Assembly (NCBI GenBank): GCA_021821305.1
Contig: JAKACP010000001.1
Location: 196,934 to 260,933, forward strand
Length of the DNA: 64,000 nt
Reading direction: 5' to 3'
DNA from: a bacterium
GTDB taxonomy: Bacteria > Patescibacteriota > Minisyncoccia > Moranbacterales > UBA1568
The notes under the pieces are model-generated. The model was given only the letters and a program-made list of their open reading frames with translations. It ran no database searches and was not told the origin of the DNA. Shown here in pieces: positions 27,358-37,063 of this stretch; positions within the stretch are counted from its first letter, which is position 1, and each line of letters opens with the position of its first letter. Position numbers and translations under genes: made by a program.

Positions 27358-29109
27358 ATGCTCACCTTGTTGCTCTTCGCCTTTCTTTCGGGGCTCGTGA
27401 CGATAGCGGCTCCGTGCATCTGGCCGATCCTGCCGATCATCCTCTCTTCGGCGGCGACCGGCGGGAAACGGCGTCCGCTCGGGATCGTGACCGGGTTGGT
27501 CGCGAGTTTCACGGTGGCCACGCTCGCGCTCTCGTCCCTCGTCCGCGCGCTCGGCTTTTCTCCGGACGGCCTCCGACTGTTTTCCGTCGTCGTGATCGCG
27601 CTCCTCGGCGTGTCGCTCCTCGTCCCGGCAGTCGGCACGAGACTCGAGGGTTTCGTCAGCCGCCTCCTGGGGCGTTTCGGGAAGTCCCGGGCCGAGGGAG
27701 CCGGATTCGGCTCCGGATTCCTGACGGGCGCCGCGCTCGGCATCGTCTGGGCTCCCTGTGCCGGGCCGATACTCGCCGCCGTGGCCACGCTCGCCGCGAC
27801 CCGGTCGGTTTCGATCGAAGCGGTGCTGGTGACGCTCGCGTTCGGCGTCGGCATCGGCATACCGCTCTTCCTGTTCGCGATATTCGGACAGAGGCTGTTC
27901 TCGGCCAACCGGTTCCTCCGGGCGTATACGGGACGCATCCAGCAGGTATTCGGCGTCATCATGATACTCGCGGCGTTCGCGATCTATACCGGATATGACA
28001 AGACGCTCCAGTCGAAGCTTCTCGATCTCTTTCCGAACTATGGAAGCTTCCTCAACCGGTTCGAGGACCGGCCGGAAGTCGAGAAAGCGCTCGATGACTT
28101 GCGGAAAGATTCGAGCGGTGGCCTGTCGGGCGATAGGACGGAATCGAAAGCGTCCGAATCGGGACTACCCGTGCTCGGAACGGCACCTGAATTCCGCGGA
28201 ATCTCGAATTGGCTCAATACCGACGGAAAGCCGCTCGCAATGGCGGACCTGCGGGGGAAGGTGGTGCTCGTCGATTTCTGGACGTACAGCTGTATCAACT
28301 GCATCCGGACGCTTCCGTATGTGACTGGATGGTATAAGAAATATAAAGATGACGGATTGGTTGTCGTCGGTGTGCATACGCCGGAATTCGCTTTCGAACA
28401 CAAGACGAAGAACGTGGCGGATGCGATGCGTCGGTATGGTATCGAGTACCCGGTAGCCCAGGACAATGACTATGGGACGTGGCAGGCCTATTCGAACCGC
28501 TACTGGCCGGCGCACTATCTCATCGACGCGGAAGGCCGGGTGCGCTATACGCACTTCGGCGAAGGGAAATACGACGAAACGGAAAAGAATATCCAGAAGC
28601 TCCTCGAGGAAGCCGGGATGATGGCGGAGAAACAAGAAGTGCTTTCGATAACAGGGGAAGGGACGACGCGTGGTCAGACGCCCGAAACCTATCTCGGGCT
28701 CGCCCGCATGGATCGGTTCGCCTCTCCCGAGAGAGCGGAACCGCTGTCCCGGACGTATTCGATCCCGGAGACGATACGGCTCCATTCGTTCGCCTACGGC
28801 GGGGAATGGAATCTCGATGCCGAACGGGCGATGACGGGAACCGGCTCGTCGCTCGCGCTCCGTTTCCGGGGGAACAAGGTGTTCCTCGTGCTCGCGCCGC
28901 CTCCCGGTTCGATCGGGACGGTACGGGTGCTCCTCGATGGAGCGACGGTCACGGGCGATGCGGGCGCGGATGTCGTCGACGGCACGGTGACGGTCGATTC
29001 CGATCGGCTCTACGAGCTCATCGATCTTCATGGAAGGGACGGCGAGCATACGCTCCGCCTCGAGTTCGACACCCCGGGGACCGCCGCATACGCCTTCACG
29101 TTCGGATAG
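27358..29109 (+). CDS. dipZ: DipZ (CcdA/DsbD TM domain plus TlpA-like thioredoxin)
   Basis: APCIWPILP, WAPCAGPIL, DFWTYSCINC, HTPEF and TPETYLG. Confidence 0.9.
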   Translation: MLTLLLFAFLSGLVTIAAPCIWPILPIILSSAATGGKRRPLGIVTGLVASFTVATLALSSLVRALGFSPDGLRLFSVVVIALLGVSLLVPAVGTRLEGFVSRLLGRFGKSRAEGAGFGSGFLTGAALGIVWAPCAGPILAAVATLAATRSVSIEAVLVTLAFGVGIGIPLFLFAIFGQRLFSANRFLRAYTGRIQQVFGVIMILAAFAIYTGYDKTLQSKLLDLFPNYGSFLNRFEDRPEVEKALDDLRKDSSGGLSGDRTESKASESGLPVLGTAPEFRGISNWLNTDGKPLAMADLRGKVVLVDFWTYSCINCIRTLPYVTGWYKKYKDDGLVVVGVHTPEFAFEHKTKNVADAMRRYGIEYPVAQDNDYGTWQAYSNRYWPAHYLIDAEGRVRYTHFGEGKYDETEKNIQKLLEEAGMMAEKQEVLSITGEGTTRGQTPETYLGLARMDRFASPERAEPLSRTYSIPETIRLHSFAYGGEWNLDAERAMTGTGSSLALRFRGNKVFLVLAPPPGSIGTVRVLLDGATVTGDAGADVVDGTVTVDSDRLYELIDLHGRDGEHTLRLEFDTPGTAAYAFTFG

Positions 29110-29168
29110 GATGGTGGACTGTCAAAGGGCGCCCGGAAGGGCGTTTTTTGTTTTTTCCGTTCCATGCT

Positions 29169-29209
29169 ATACTCCATGTACCCATACCCTGGGTACGGGT
29201 ACGGAGTAT
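29169..29209. promoter_or_regulatory. CsoR operator
   Basis: Imperfect palindrome ATACTCC..GTACCCATACCC-T-GGGTACGGGTACGGAGTAT. Confidence 0.7.
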
Positions 29210-29229
29210 TCATAAGGATAAAGAAGAGT

Positions 29230-29508
29230 ATGGATCATCACAAGAACCGCGAGAAGGTGCTCGTGAATTACCGGAAGGCGAGAGGGCTCCTTGAGAAGCT
29301 GATCGACATGACCGAGAACGGGAAGTATTGCGTCGACATCATGACGCAGAACCTCGCGGTCGCCGGGCTGCTCCGGTCGGTGCAGGAGATGCTTCTCGAG
29401 GATCACTTGAACTCCTGTTTCCGCGGCGCGATGGAGAGCGGAAGCGAAAAAAAGAAACGGGCGATGATCGATGAGATCCTCACGGTGACGAAACTCAACA
29501 ACAAATGA
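29230..29508 (+). CDS. csoR: Copper-sensing CsoR-family repressor
   Basis: YCVDIMTQ...HLNSC ligand set; heads the copper operon. Confidence 0.85.
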   Translation: MDHHKNREKVLVNYRKARGLLEKLIDMTENGKYCVDIMTQNLAVAGLLRSVQEMLLEDHLNSCFRGAMESGSEKKKRAMIDEILTVTKLNNK

Positions 29509-30866
29509 TTATGAACAAGAAAGTTTTCCCCGTGAAGGGCATGCACTGCAAATCATGCGAGATACTGGCCGAGGAGGAGCTCGCGAAGGTCGCGGGAGTG
29601 AAGAAGGCGGCCACGGATTTCCGGAGCGGGACCGTGACTATTTTCTATGAAGGGGAGGCACCGTCGGATGCCGCGCTCGCGGACGCGATCCGGCGCGCCG
29701 GATACGAGGTCGGAGAGAACGATCGCGCGTGGTTCTCGCGGGATTTCTCCTCCTATCTGGAGACGCTCGCCGCCGCCGTTCTCGTCGGCGTCTTCTATCT
29801 CGTCGGGAAGAGCCAGGGATGGTTCTCACTTTCACTCGGGACGAGCGAGGGACTTGAGAGTCTCCCATTCGTCTTCGTGGTCGGGCTGACGGCCGGGGTT
29901 TCCACTTGCATGGCGATCGTCGGCGGTCTGGTGCTCGCGATTTCCGCACGCTTCGGCGAGCGGCACCCGGAGGCGAGCACGAAGCGCAAATTCGTCCCGC
30001 ACCTTTTCTTCAATCTCGGGCGGGTGGGCGGATTCACGCTCCTGGGCGGATTCCTCGGCTTTCTCGGGTCGACGATACAGCCCTCCGCGTTTTCGGTCGG
30101 TATCATCACTGCCCTCGTCGCGATCGTCATGGTGCTGCTCGGTCTCCAGCTCCTTGAGCTTTTTCCGCGGATTTCCGCATGGAAAGTGATGCTTCCGAAA
30201 GGAATCGCGAGAGTTCTTGGCATTCAAACGCATTCGCAGAAGGAATACAGTCATGGAAGGGCGGCGTTGCTCGGCGCGCTCACGTTCTTTCTCCCGTGCG
30301 GCTTCACGCAGGCGGTCCAGCTCTTCGTCGTGACCCAAGGAGACATACTTCTCGGCGCACTCACGATGGGAACGTTCGCGTTCGGGACGGCACCGGGGCT
30401 GCTTGGAATCGGTGGGCTTTCCTCGGTCGTCAGGGGCGTGTTCGGACGGTACTTCTTCCGGACGGCCGGTGTCGCGGTCATCGCGCTCGGCGCGTTCAAT
30501 TTTCAGAACGGGCTGAACCTGCTCAATCTCGGAAAAGTGCAGGTGGTCGCTCCGGAGGCGCAGGAGGCGGTGAAAGGATCGTCTCCGCAGGAAAAGAAAG
30601 AGCCGCAGGTCATCCATATGACGCAGGAGGCGGACGGATACTATCCGAATGAGTTTACGGTGAAGAAGGGCCAGCCGGTGCAATGGGTGATCGATTCGAA
30701 AGATTCGTATACCTGCGCTGTATCACTTATTGCCCCGAAGATCGGCGTGAAAAGGATTCTTCAGTCCGGCGAGAATGTCGTCACCTTCACGCCCAAAGCG
30801 GTCGGGACGATTCCGTTCTCCTGCTCGATGGGGATGTATCGCGGTGTTATCAAAGTCATCGAATAA
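29505..30866 (+). CDS. HMA + DsbD_2-type TM + cupredoxin fusion
   Basis: GMHCKSC, STCMAIVGG, FLPCGFTQ and FSCSMGMY. Confidence 0.88.
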   Translation: MIMNKKVFPVKGMHCKSCEILAEEELAKVAGVKKAATDFRSGTVTIFYEGEAPSDAALADAIRRAGYEVGENDRAWFSRDFSSYLETLAAAVLVGVFYLVGKSQGWFSLSLGTSEGLESLPFVFVVGLTAGVSTCMAIVGGLVLAISARFGERHPEASTKRKFVPHLFFNLGRVGGFTLLGGFLGFLGSTIQPSAFSVGIITALVAIVMVLLGLQLLELFPRISAWKVMLPKGIARVLGIQTHSQKEYSHGRAALLGALTFFLPCGFTQAVQLFVVTQGDILLGALTMGTFAFGTAPGLLGIGGLSSVVRGVFGRYFFRTAGVAVIALGAFNFQNGLNLLNLGKVQVVAPEAQEAVKGSSPQEKKEPQVIHMTQEADGYYPNEFTVKKGQPVQWVIDSKDSYTCAVSLIAPKIGVKRILQSGENVVTFTPKAVGTIPFSCSMGMYRGVIKVIE

Positions 30867-30912
30867 TTCCACGGTAGGTATGGCGTAATATTAAGTCGAT
30901 AGGAACAGTCAT

Positions 30913-31239
30913 ATGAAACTCGGCATCATCCTGCAGTCCAACATCCCGGAGCATGTGTGGAATACATTCCGTCTCGGGATCACCGCGCTCAATGCCGGTC
31001 ATGAAGTGGATGTTTTCCTCCTGAACGAAGGATCGGAGCTCGAAACCGTTCCCGATAGCGAAACGTTCGATGTCTCCGTAAAAGTGAAGGAATTCAAGGA
31101 GTTGCAAGGGAATATCCGTGCCTGCGGGACCTGCCTTCAGGTGCGTGGCAGGGAAGGCTCTGGAACGTGTCCGGTTTCCACGATGTCCGATCTGCTCGGA
31201 ATGATCGAGCGTTCGGACAAGGTGCTGGTATTCGGTTGA
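30913..31239 (+). CDS. DsrE/DsrF-like protein
   Basis: VFLLNEG, ACGTCL and SDKVLVF. Confidence 0.85.
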   Translation: MKLGIILQSNIPEHVWNTFRLGITALNAGHEVDVFLLNEGSELETVPDSETFDVSVKVKEFKELQGNIRACGTCLQVRGREGSGTCPVSTMSDLLGMIERSDKVLVFG

Positions 31240-31267
31240 TCGATGATAAATCAGTAAGAATACGCGT

Positions 31268-31528
31268 ATGATGTGGGGTTTCGACGGTGGACCGGCATGG
31301 TCCGGATTCGGATGGTTCGGCGGGGTATTCATGATCCTATGGTGGGTCGTGATCATTGCCGGTATCATCGCGCTTGTGAAGTGGATCGCGGCTTCCTCGG
31401 GCGGGTCGCATGAGTCGTGCGGTCATGAGAAGCGCGGCGACAGCGCGATGGATATCCTCAAGGAGCGCTATGCGAGCGGAGAGATCGACAAGAAGGAATT
31501 CGAGGAAAAAAAGAAGGATATAAGCTGA
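31268..31528 (+). CDS. SHOCT-domain membrane protein
   Basis: TM helix followed by [16 protein letters not shown]. Confidence 0.88.
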   Translation: MMWGFDGGPAWSGFGWFGGVFMILWWVVIIAGIIALVKWIAASSGGSHESCGHEKRGDSAMDILKERYASGEIDKKEFEEKKKDIS

Positions 31529-31535
31529 AACGGAT

Positions 31536-33809
31536 ATGAACGAACCGAAAACATTCGCCATCAAAGGGATGCACTGCGCGTCGTGCGCGGGTATCATCGA
31601 GAAGACCTTCCGGAAAACGGAGGGCGTGATTTCGGCTGAGGTGAATTACGGTACCGAGACCGCCAAAGTCGCGTTCGACGCCGCGAAAACCGATCCGGGC
31701 CGTCTATCGGAGAGCATCAAACCGTTTGGGTATTCACTGGAGGTCCCGCTGGCGGAGGATCATTCGATGCATACTGGCGCGGGACAATCGAAACACGAGA
31801 AATTGATGGAGCTCGATGAGATGAGGAAGAAAGTCGTCTCGGTGCTTTTCTTGGCCGCTTTTGCCGCGCTCATCATGGGCTGGGATATCCTCGCGGAATT
31901 CGGCATCATTCCCGCGATGTCCTATACGGTGGAAGAATTCCTGCATCACCTGCTTCCGCTCTTCGCGACCTACACCCTCTTCGTTGTTGGGCAGCCGTAT
32001 CTCGCGGGCGTCTATCGGTTCCTCCGGTACGGCAAGGCGAATATGGATACGCTCATCGGTATCGGGACCTCCGCGGCGTTTCTCTACAGCTTCGCCGTCT
32101 CCGCGCTCGAGGACGTGCTCCGACCGTTTATCGATGTCGAAAATACCTACTACGACGTGACGATCGTCGTCATCGCGTTCATCACGCTCGGGAAATATCT
32201 CGAGGCGCGGTCGAAGCTCAGGACCGGAGATGCGATCGAGAAGCTCCTGAACCTGCAAGCGAAGACCGCTCTCGTCATCCGTGACGGCAAGGAGATCGAA
32301 ATCCCGGTGGGCGAGGTCGTGGTCGGCGACACGGTCATCGTGAAACCGGCATCGAAGATCCCGGTCGACGGCGTCGTCCTTGAGGGCCTTTCGTACGTCG
32401 ATGAGTCGATGCTCTCCGGTGAGCCGATGCCGCTTGAAAAAGAGGCGGGTGATACGGTAGCCGCCGGGACGATGAATACGAGCGGCACGTTCACGTTCGA
32501 GGCGACGAAAATCGGACAAGAGACGATGCTCGCGCATATCGTGAAGATGGTGTCGGAAGCGCAGGGGAGCAAGGCTCCGATCCAGGCCATGGCCGACCGC
32601 ATCTCGGCGGTGTTCGTCCCCATCGTGCTCGTGATCGCGGTCGTGGCGCTCGCCGCGTGGCTCTTTTTCGGGACGCAGTCCTTCGGATTTTCGCAGGCGC
32701 TTTCGTACGGGTTGGTCTCCTTCGTCTCCGTGCTCATCATCGCGTGTCCGTGCGCTTTGGGGCTCGCGACGCCGACGGCGATCATCGTCGGGGTCGGCAA
32801 GGGCGCACGGGAAGGCATCCTCGTCAAGGATGCGGCGACGCTCGAAAAGCTTCATGAGGCGACGGTCGTGGTCGTCGATAAGACCGGGACGATCACGAAA
32901 GGGAAACCGGAGATCGCGGCCATACGGCCGTCCGAGGGACACACGGAGAAGGAGATCGTCTCGATACTCGCCTCCCTCGAGTCCCGGTCCGAGCATCCGA
33001 TAGCCGACGCAATCGTTTCCTATGCGAAGGAAAACAGTATCGATACGGTCCCGGTCGGGCAGTTCGAAATGCTGAGAGGCAGGGGAGTGCGCGGGATCAT
33101 CGATGGCACGGAGTACTCCGCGGGCAACGCGAAGTTCATGAAAGATCTCAAGCTACCGTTCGACGCGGCGTCCGTAGGACAGGAAACGCGGGAAGGGAAG
33201 ACCCCGGTCATCCTAGCTACCCGTGAAGCGGTGCTCGGTGTCGTCTTCGTCGCCGATGCGGTCAAACCGGAGGCACGGAAGGCGGTGGAAGATCTCCACG
33301 CGCTCGGGATACGGGTCGTGATGTTGACCGGGGACGACCGGAATACCGCCCGATTCATCGCGGACAGCGTCGGTATCAAGGATGTGGAGGCTGAGGTGCT
33401 CCCGGAGGGAAAGATGGCCGTAGTGAGGGCGCTCCAGGCGAAAGGCGAGATCGTGGCGATGGTCGGCGACGGTGTCAACGACGCGCCGGCGCTCGCGGCC
33501 GCCGATATCGGTATCGCGATGAGCACGGGGACGGATGCCGCGATAGAATCGGCCGGCGTGACGCTCCTTCATGGCGATATCTCGAAGCTCGTGAAAGCGG
33601 TCCGGCTCTCGAAGATCACGATGCGCGGCATCAGGCAGAATCTCTTCTGGGCGTTCGCGTACAACATCGTCGGGATTCCGCTCGCGGCCGGCCTCTTCTA
33701 CCCGGTCTTCGGATGGCTGCTCAATCCGGTGTTCGCCGGACTCGCCATGGCGCTTTCTTCCGTGTCGGTCGTGTCTAACTCGCTTCGCCTGAAGGCGAAA
33801 AAATTGTAA
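31536..33809 (+). CDS. copA: Cu(I)-translocating P1B ATPase
   Basis: GMHCASC, CPCALGLATP, DKTGT, SEHP, GDGVND, YN and MALSS. Confidence 0.96.
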   Translation: MNEPKTFAIKGMHCASCAGIIEKTFRKTEGVISAEVNYGTETAKVAFDAAKTDPGRLSESIKPFGYSLEVPLAEDHSMHTGAGQSKHEKLMELDEMRKKVVSVLFLAAFAALIMGWDILAEFGIIPAMSYTVEEFLHHLLPLFATYTLFVVGQPYLAGVYRFLRYGKANMDTLIGIGTSAAFLYSFAVSALEDVLRPFIDVENTYYDVTIVVIAFITLGKYLEARSKLRTGDAIEKLLNLQAKTALVIRDGKEIEIPVGEVVVGDTVIVKPASKIPVDGVVLEGLSYVDESMLSGEPMPLEKEAGDTVAAGTMNTSGTFTFEATKIGQETMLAHIVKMVSEAQGSKAPIQAMADRISAVFVPIVLVIAVVALAAWLFFGTQSFGFSQALSYGLVSFVSVLIIACPCALGLATPTAIIVGVGKGAREGILVKDAATLEKLHEATVVVVDKTGTITKGKPEIAAIRPSEGHTEKEIVSILASLESRSEHPIADAIVSYAKENSIDTVPVGQFEMLRGRGVRGIIDGTEYSAGNAKFMKDLKLPFDAASVGQETREGKTPVILATREAVLGVVFVADAVKPEARKAVEDLHALGIRVVMLTGDDRNTARFIADSVGIKDVEAEVLPEGKMAVVRALQAKGEIVAMVGDGVNDAPALAAADIGIAMSTGTDAAIESAGVTLLHGDISKLVKAVRLSKITMRGIRQNLFWAFAYNIVGIPLAAGLFYPVFGWLLNPVFAGLAMALSSVSVVSNSLRLKAKKL

Positions 33810-33941
33810 TTCAGAACTTATGCGTTTGGTACATTTCTTTGTTGCCGCTCCGGTACTCGACGCGGTACATGTATCAGTACAGCTTACTCCGTTCCTCGCG
33901 GCGCCTCGAACTGTACTCAAACGCATAAGTCCTGTAATCAC
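33806..33941. repeat. Nested hairpin element between copA and the oxidase gene
   Basis: CAGAACTTATGCGTTTG/CAAACGCATAAGTCCTG plus inner GTAC and GCCGC/GCGGC stems. Confidence 0.8.
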
Positions 33942-33948
33942 TTAATGC

Positions 33949-35577
33949 ATGCGTATGATGAAAATAATTTTTGCGATCATCGTCTTCGCGGCGATCGCGG
34001 GAGGAATATATGTTTTGACGGGCGGCCCGGGTGTCCGCAACGGAAGCCCGGCATCATCCGCGGTTCCGGCAACCGGAGTGTTTCCGCAGGATGTTTCCGA
34101 CCTTCCGGAGGCGAAACCGACTCCCGAGATCACGCTTGGGGACGGGGAGACATACGATGTCGGGATTTTCCCGGTGAAGAAGAAGATCGGCGACACGTGG
34201 GTGCGGATGCTCTCGTACAACGGATCCGTCCCGGGACCGGTTTTCCGCGTGAAGGAAGGCGCGGAAGCGACGATCCGTCTCAAGAACGACGGCGACCTCG
34301 AAACGACGCTCCACTCGCACGGATTGCGTCTCGAGAACCTCTTCGACGGCGTACCAGGCGTGACGCAGGAGCCGATCAAAGTCGGCGATACCTTCGAATA
34401 CCGTCTGAAATTTTCCGATCCTGGTATGTACTGGTATCACCCGCACGTGCGGACGGATTACGGGCTCGAGGCGGGGCTCTACGGGACATATATCGTCGAT
34501 CCGACGGATGCGGGGTACTGGCCGAAGGCGAATCGCGAACTCTCGCTCACGCTCGACGATATCGCGCTCGGAAAAGATGGTCGTCCGCTTTCCTTCGACC
34601 GCGGTGAGACGGACCACACGCTCATGGGGCGGTTCGGCGACACGATGTTCGTGAACGGCGAGACGGACTACCGGTTCGCCGCGGCACCGGGGGAGGTTGT
34701 CCGGCTCTACCTCGTCAATACGGCGAATGTCCGCCCGTTCGATTTCACGATTCCCGGCGCGAAGATGAAACTCGTCGGTGCGGACCTCGGGCGGTATGCG
34801 CGCGAGACGTTCGTCGAAAGCGTCATGCTTTCGCCCGGTGAACGGAGAGTGGTCGATGTCCTCTTCGGAATGCCCGGAGAATTCCCGATCGAGCACCGGA
34901 CCCCGGAGAAACGGTATGCGCTCGGATCGGTCTCCGTCTCCGGAAGCCCGATCGCGGTATCGTACGCCGAGGAATTCGCCGCTCTTCGGGAGAATAGGGC
35001 GGTCGCGGAAGAGATGAATCCGCTCTTCGGTGAGTACCTCTCAAAGGCGCCGGACAAGAAGCTCGATCTCACGCTCGCGATGGGCGGGATGATGGGGGCG
35101 CCCTCGGGGATGCACCGGATGTCCGGTGGCGGGATGATGGAGGACGCGATGATGGGCATGGGGGACGACGGCGAAACCATCGAGTGGGAAGACGAGATGG
35201 CGGCGATGAATACGGGTTCGACAACCAAGACCCTCACGTGGAAACTCCGCGATGCCGCGACGGGCAAGGAGAACATGAGGATCGATGATTGGAAATTCAA
35301 AGTCGGTGACAAAGTGAAAATCCGGATATTCAATGATTCCTCCTCGATGCATCCGATGCAGCACCCGATACATTTCCACGGCCAGCGCTTCGTCGTGCTC
35401 TCGACGAACGGCGTCAGGAACGCCGATCCCGTCTGGCAGGACACGACGCTCCTCCCGAAGGGCGAGACCGTCGACATCCTCCTCGAGCTTACGAACCCGG
35501 GAGAGTGGATGGCGCACTGCCATATCGTCGAACATGCCGAAGCGGGAATGATGATGACCTTTTCAGTCGAAAAGTAA
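33949..35577 (+). CDS. Multicopper oxidase (CueO-like)
   Basis: HSHG, WYHPH, HPIHFHG, HCHIVEHAEAGM and a Met-rich loop. Confidence 0.95.
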   Translation: MRMMKIIFAIIVFAAIAGGIYVLTGGPGVRNGSPASSAVPATGVFPQDVSDLPEAKPTPEITLGDGETYDVGIFPVKKKIGDTWVRMLSYNGSVPGPVFRVKEGAEATIRLKNDGDLETTLHSHGLRLENLFDGVPGVTQEPIKVGDTFEYRLKFSDPGMYWYHPHVRTDYGLEAGLYGTYIVDPTDAGYWPKANRELSLTLDDIALGKDGRPLSFDRGETDHTLMGRFGDTMFVNGETDYRFAAAPGEVVRLYLVNTANVRPFDFTIPGAKMKLVGADLGRYARETFVESVMLSPGERRVVDVLFGMPGEFPIEHRTPEKRYALGSVSVSGSPIAVSYAEEFAALRENRAVAEEMNPLFGEYLSKAPDKKLDLTLAMGGMMGAPSGMHRMSGGGMMEDAMMGMGDDGETIEWEDEMAAMNTGSTTKTLTWKLRDAATGKENMRIDDWKFKVGDKVKIRIFNDSSSMHPMQHPIHFHGQRFVVLSTNGVRNADPVWQDTTLLPKGETVDILLELTNPGEWMAHCHIVEHAEAGMMMTFSVEK

Positions 35578-35605
35578 GTGGATGTAACAAGTAAGGACCA
35601 AACAT

Positions 35606-36013
35606 ATGCAGGAATCGATCATGACGACGCCGTACGGATACTCCGTGCGTGTCAAGGCCTCCTTCAGGGAGGCGGTGGAGCGGGTGAAGGAGGCGTTCGC
35701 GGCCGAAAAGTTCGGCGTCCTTTCGGAAATCGACGTGAAGGCGAAAATGAAGGAGAAGCTCGGGGAAGATATGGAGGACTATGTCATCCTCGGGATGTGC
35801 AATCCGAAACTCGCGTACGGGGCGCTCCGGATGGAAACCGAGATCGGCCTTCTCCTCCCATGCAACGTGATCGTCTACCGCACGGACGGCGTGACGCATG
35901 TCGCTGCCCAACGGCCGCAGGTGATGCTCGCCGTCACCGGGAACGAATCGATCGTCGCCGCCGCGGAGGAAGCGGACGAGAAAATCCTCCGCGCGATCCG
36001 ATCACTCGTATAG
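35606..36013 (+). CDS. DUF302 family protein
   Basis: ILGMCNP and GLLLPCNV. Confidence 0.9.
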   Translation: MQESIMTTPYGYSVRVKASFREAVERVKEAFAAEKFGVLSEIDVKAKMKEKLGEDMEDYVILGMCNPKLAYGALRMETEIGLLLPCNVIVYRTDGVTHVAAQRPQVMLAVTGNESIVAAAEEADEKILRAIRSLV

Positions 36014-36028
36014 TGAGAGTTCCGTCAT

Positions 36029-36595
36029 ATGAAAGGAATCCTCATCGTCCTTCTCGTCGTTTTTTCCGTGATGGAAATCATGGCGTGGAAGGTGTATACG
36101 GCTTCGAAAGAGGAGCGGCAAGCGGATAGTTCCGTACAGGGCGTACCGATCTCGGCCCAAACAGGCATCGCGTCGGCTCCTCCCGAGGAGACGGATGCGA
36201 ATATCGCGGAGGATGCGGAACCGTCGGCCGAAAAAAACGTCGCCGACCTGCCCGCCGGCGATACCGGGAGCGAGGAGAACGCGACGTATCCGCGCATCAG
36301 TGTGGAAGAAAAAAACGGAGTGACGGAGCGGACGATCCACATGGGGGTGCGACAATGGGCGTGGGATCCGGCGGAGATACGCGCGAAACAGGGCGAACTC
36401 GTGCGGCTCGTGATCCACAACGCCGACGTGCGGCACGCGATCGTCATACCCGATCTCGGCGTCGAGGCGGATATTCCCGAAGAGGGAGCTATCGTCGAAT
36501 TCACCGCGTCCCGGCGAGGGACATTCGATTTCCTGTGTGCCACCTATTGCGGGACGGGCCATGCCATGATGCAGGGGAGAATAGTCATCGAATGA
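36029..36595 (+). CDS. Exported cupredoxin (CuA-like motif)
   Basis: DVRH..CATYCGTGHAMM. Confidence 0.85.
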   Translation: MKGILIVLLVVFSVMEIMAWKVYTASKEERQADSSVQGVPISAQTGIASAPPEETDANIAEDAEPSAEKNVADLPAGDTGSEENATYPRISVEEKNGVTERTIHMGVRQWAWDPAEIRAKQGELVRLVIHNADVRHAIVIPDLGVEADIPEEGAIVEFTASRRGTFDFLCATYCGTGHAMMQGRIVIE

Positions 36596-36797
36596 TTCGC
36601 CGCAAGCAAATCTCCGCATCTCTTGTAGTAAGGGAGAGAGACTGCTCTTGTGTGCCCACCTCCATTTTTAAACGATCCGCGCGAGCACTCATATGAACCC
36701 TCCGGTTGCCCTTACGGCTGGCCGTGCGACCGATGCGGCCTTGGTGAAAATGGCTGGGCTGCATTAAGTATTTTGATAGAGGAAAGAGGTGAAACAT

Positions 36798-36941
36798 ATG
36801 ATGGGATATTATTACGGCGACATGATGGGTGGCTCCGGGTGGGGCGCGTGGCCTTTGTTCGGGTCGGTGCTTTACGTGCTCGTGCTCGTGCTCATGGTGC
36901 TCGGTATCGTCGCGCTGTGGAAGTACATCGCGAAGAAGTGA
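36798..36941 (+). CDS. Small single-TM protein (47 aa)
   Basis: GAGGTG RBS; MMGYYYGDMMGG followed by a hydrophobic helix; below the ORF-track size limit. Confidence 0.7.
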   Translation: MMGYYYGDMMGGSGWGAWPLFGSVLYVLVLVLMVLGIVALWKYIAKK

Positions 36942-37063
36942 CCGCTGATATCGGATCGGGTGGCGGCTCCCCGGTTTGACAGGGTGGCTTTTTTCGGGCA
37001 TAATGAACGGTGATCAGGGAAAGGCGGCGACGCCTTTTTCTTGTCGTTTTTTAGAAAGGATCT

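Noticed and set aside
36029-36595. Cytochrome c oxidase subunit II
   Set aside because: Only a CuA-like soluble domain with one anchor is present, and no subunit I gene is nearby.
36600-36790. Possible small ORF or RNA in the gap before 36798
   Set aside because: No convincing RBS, motif or stable structure could be supported.
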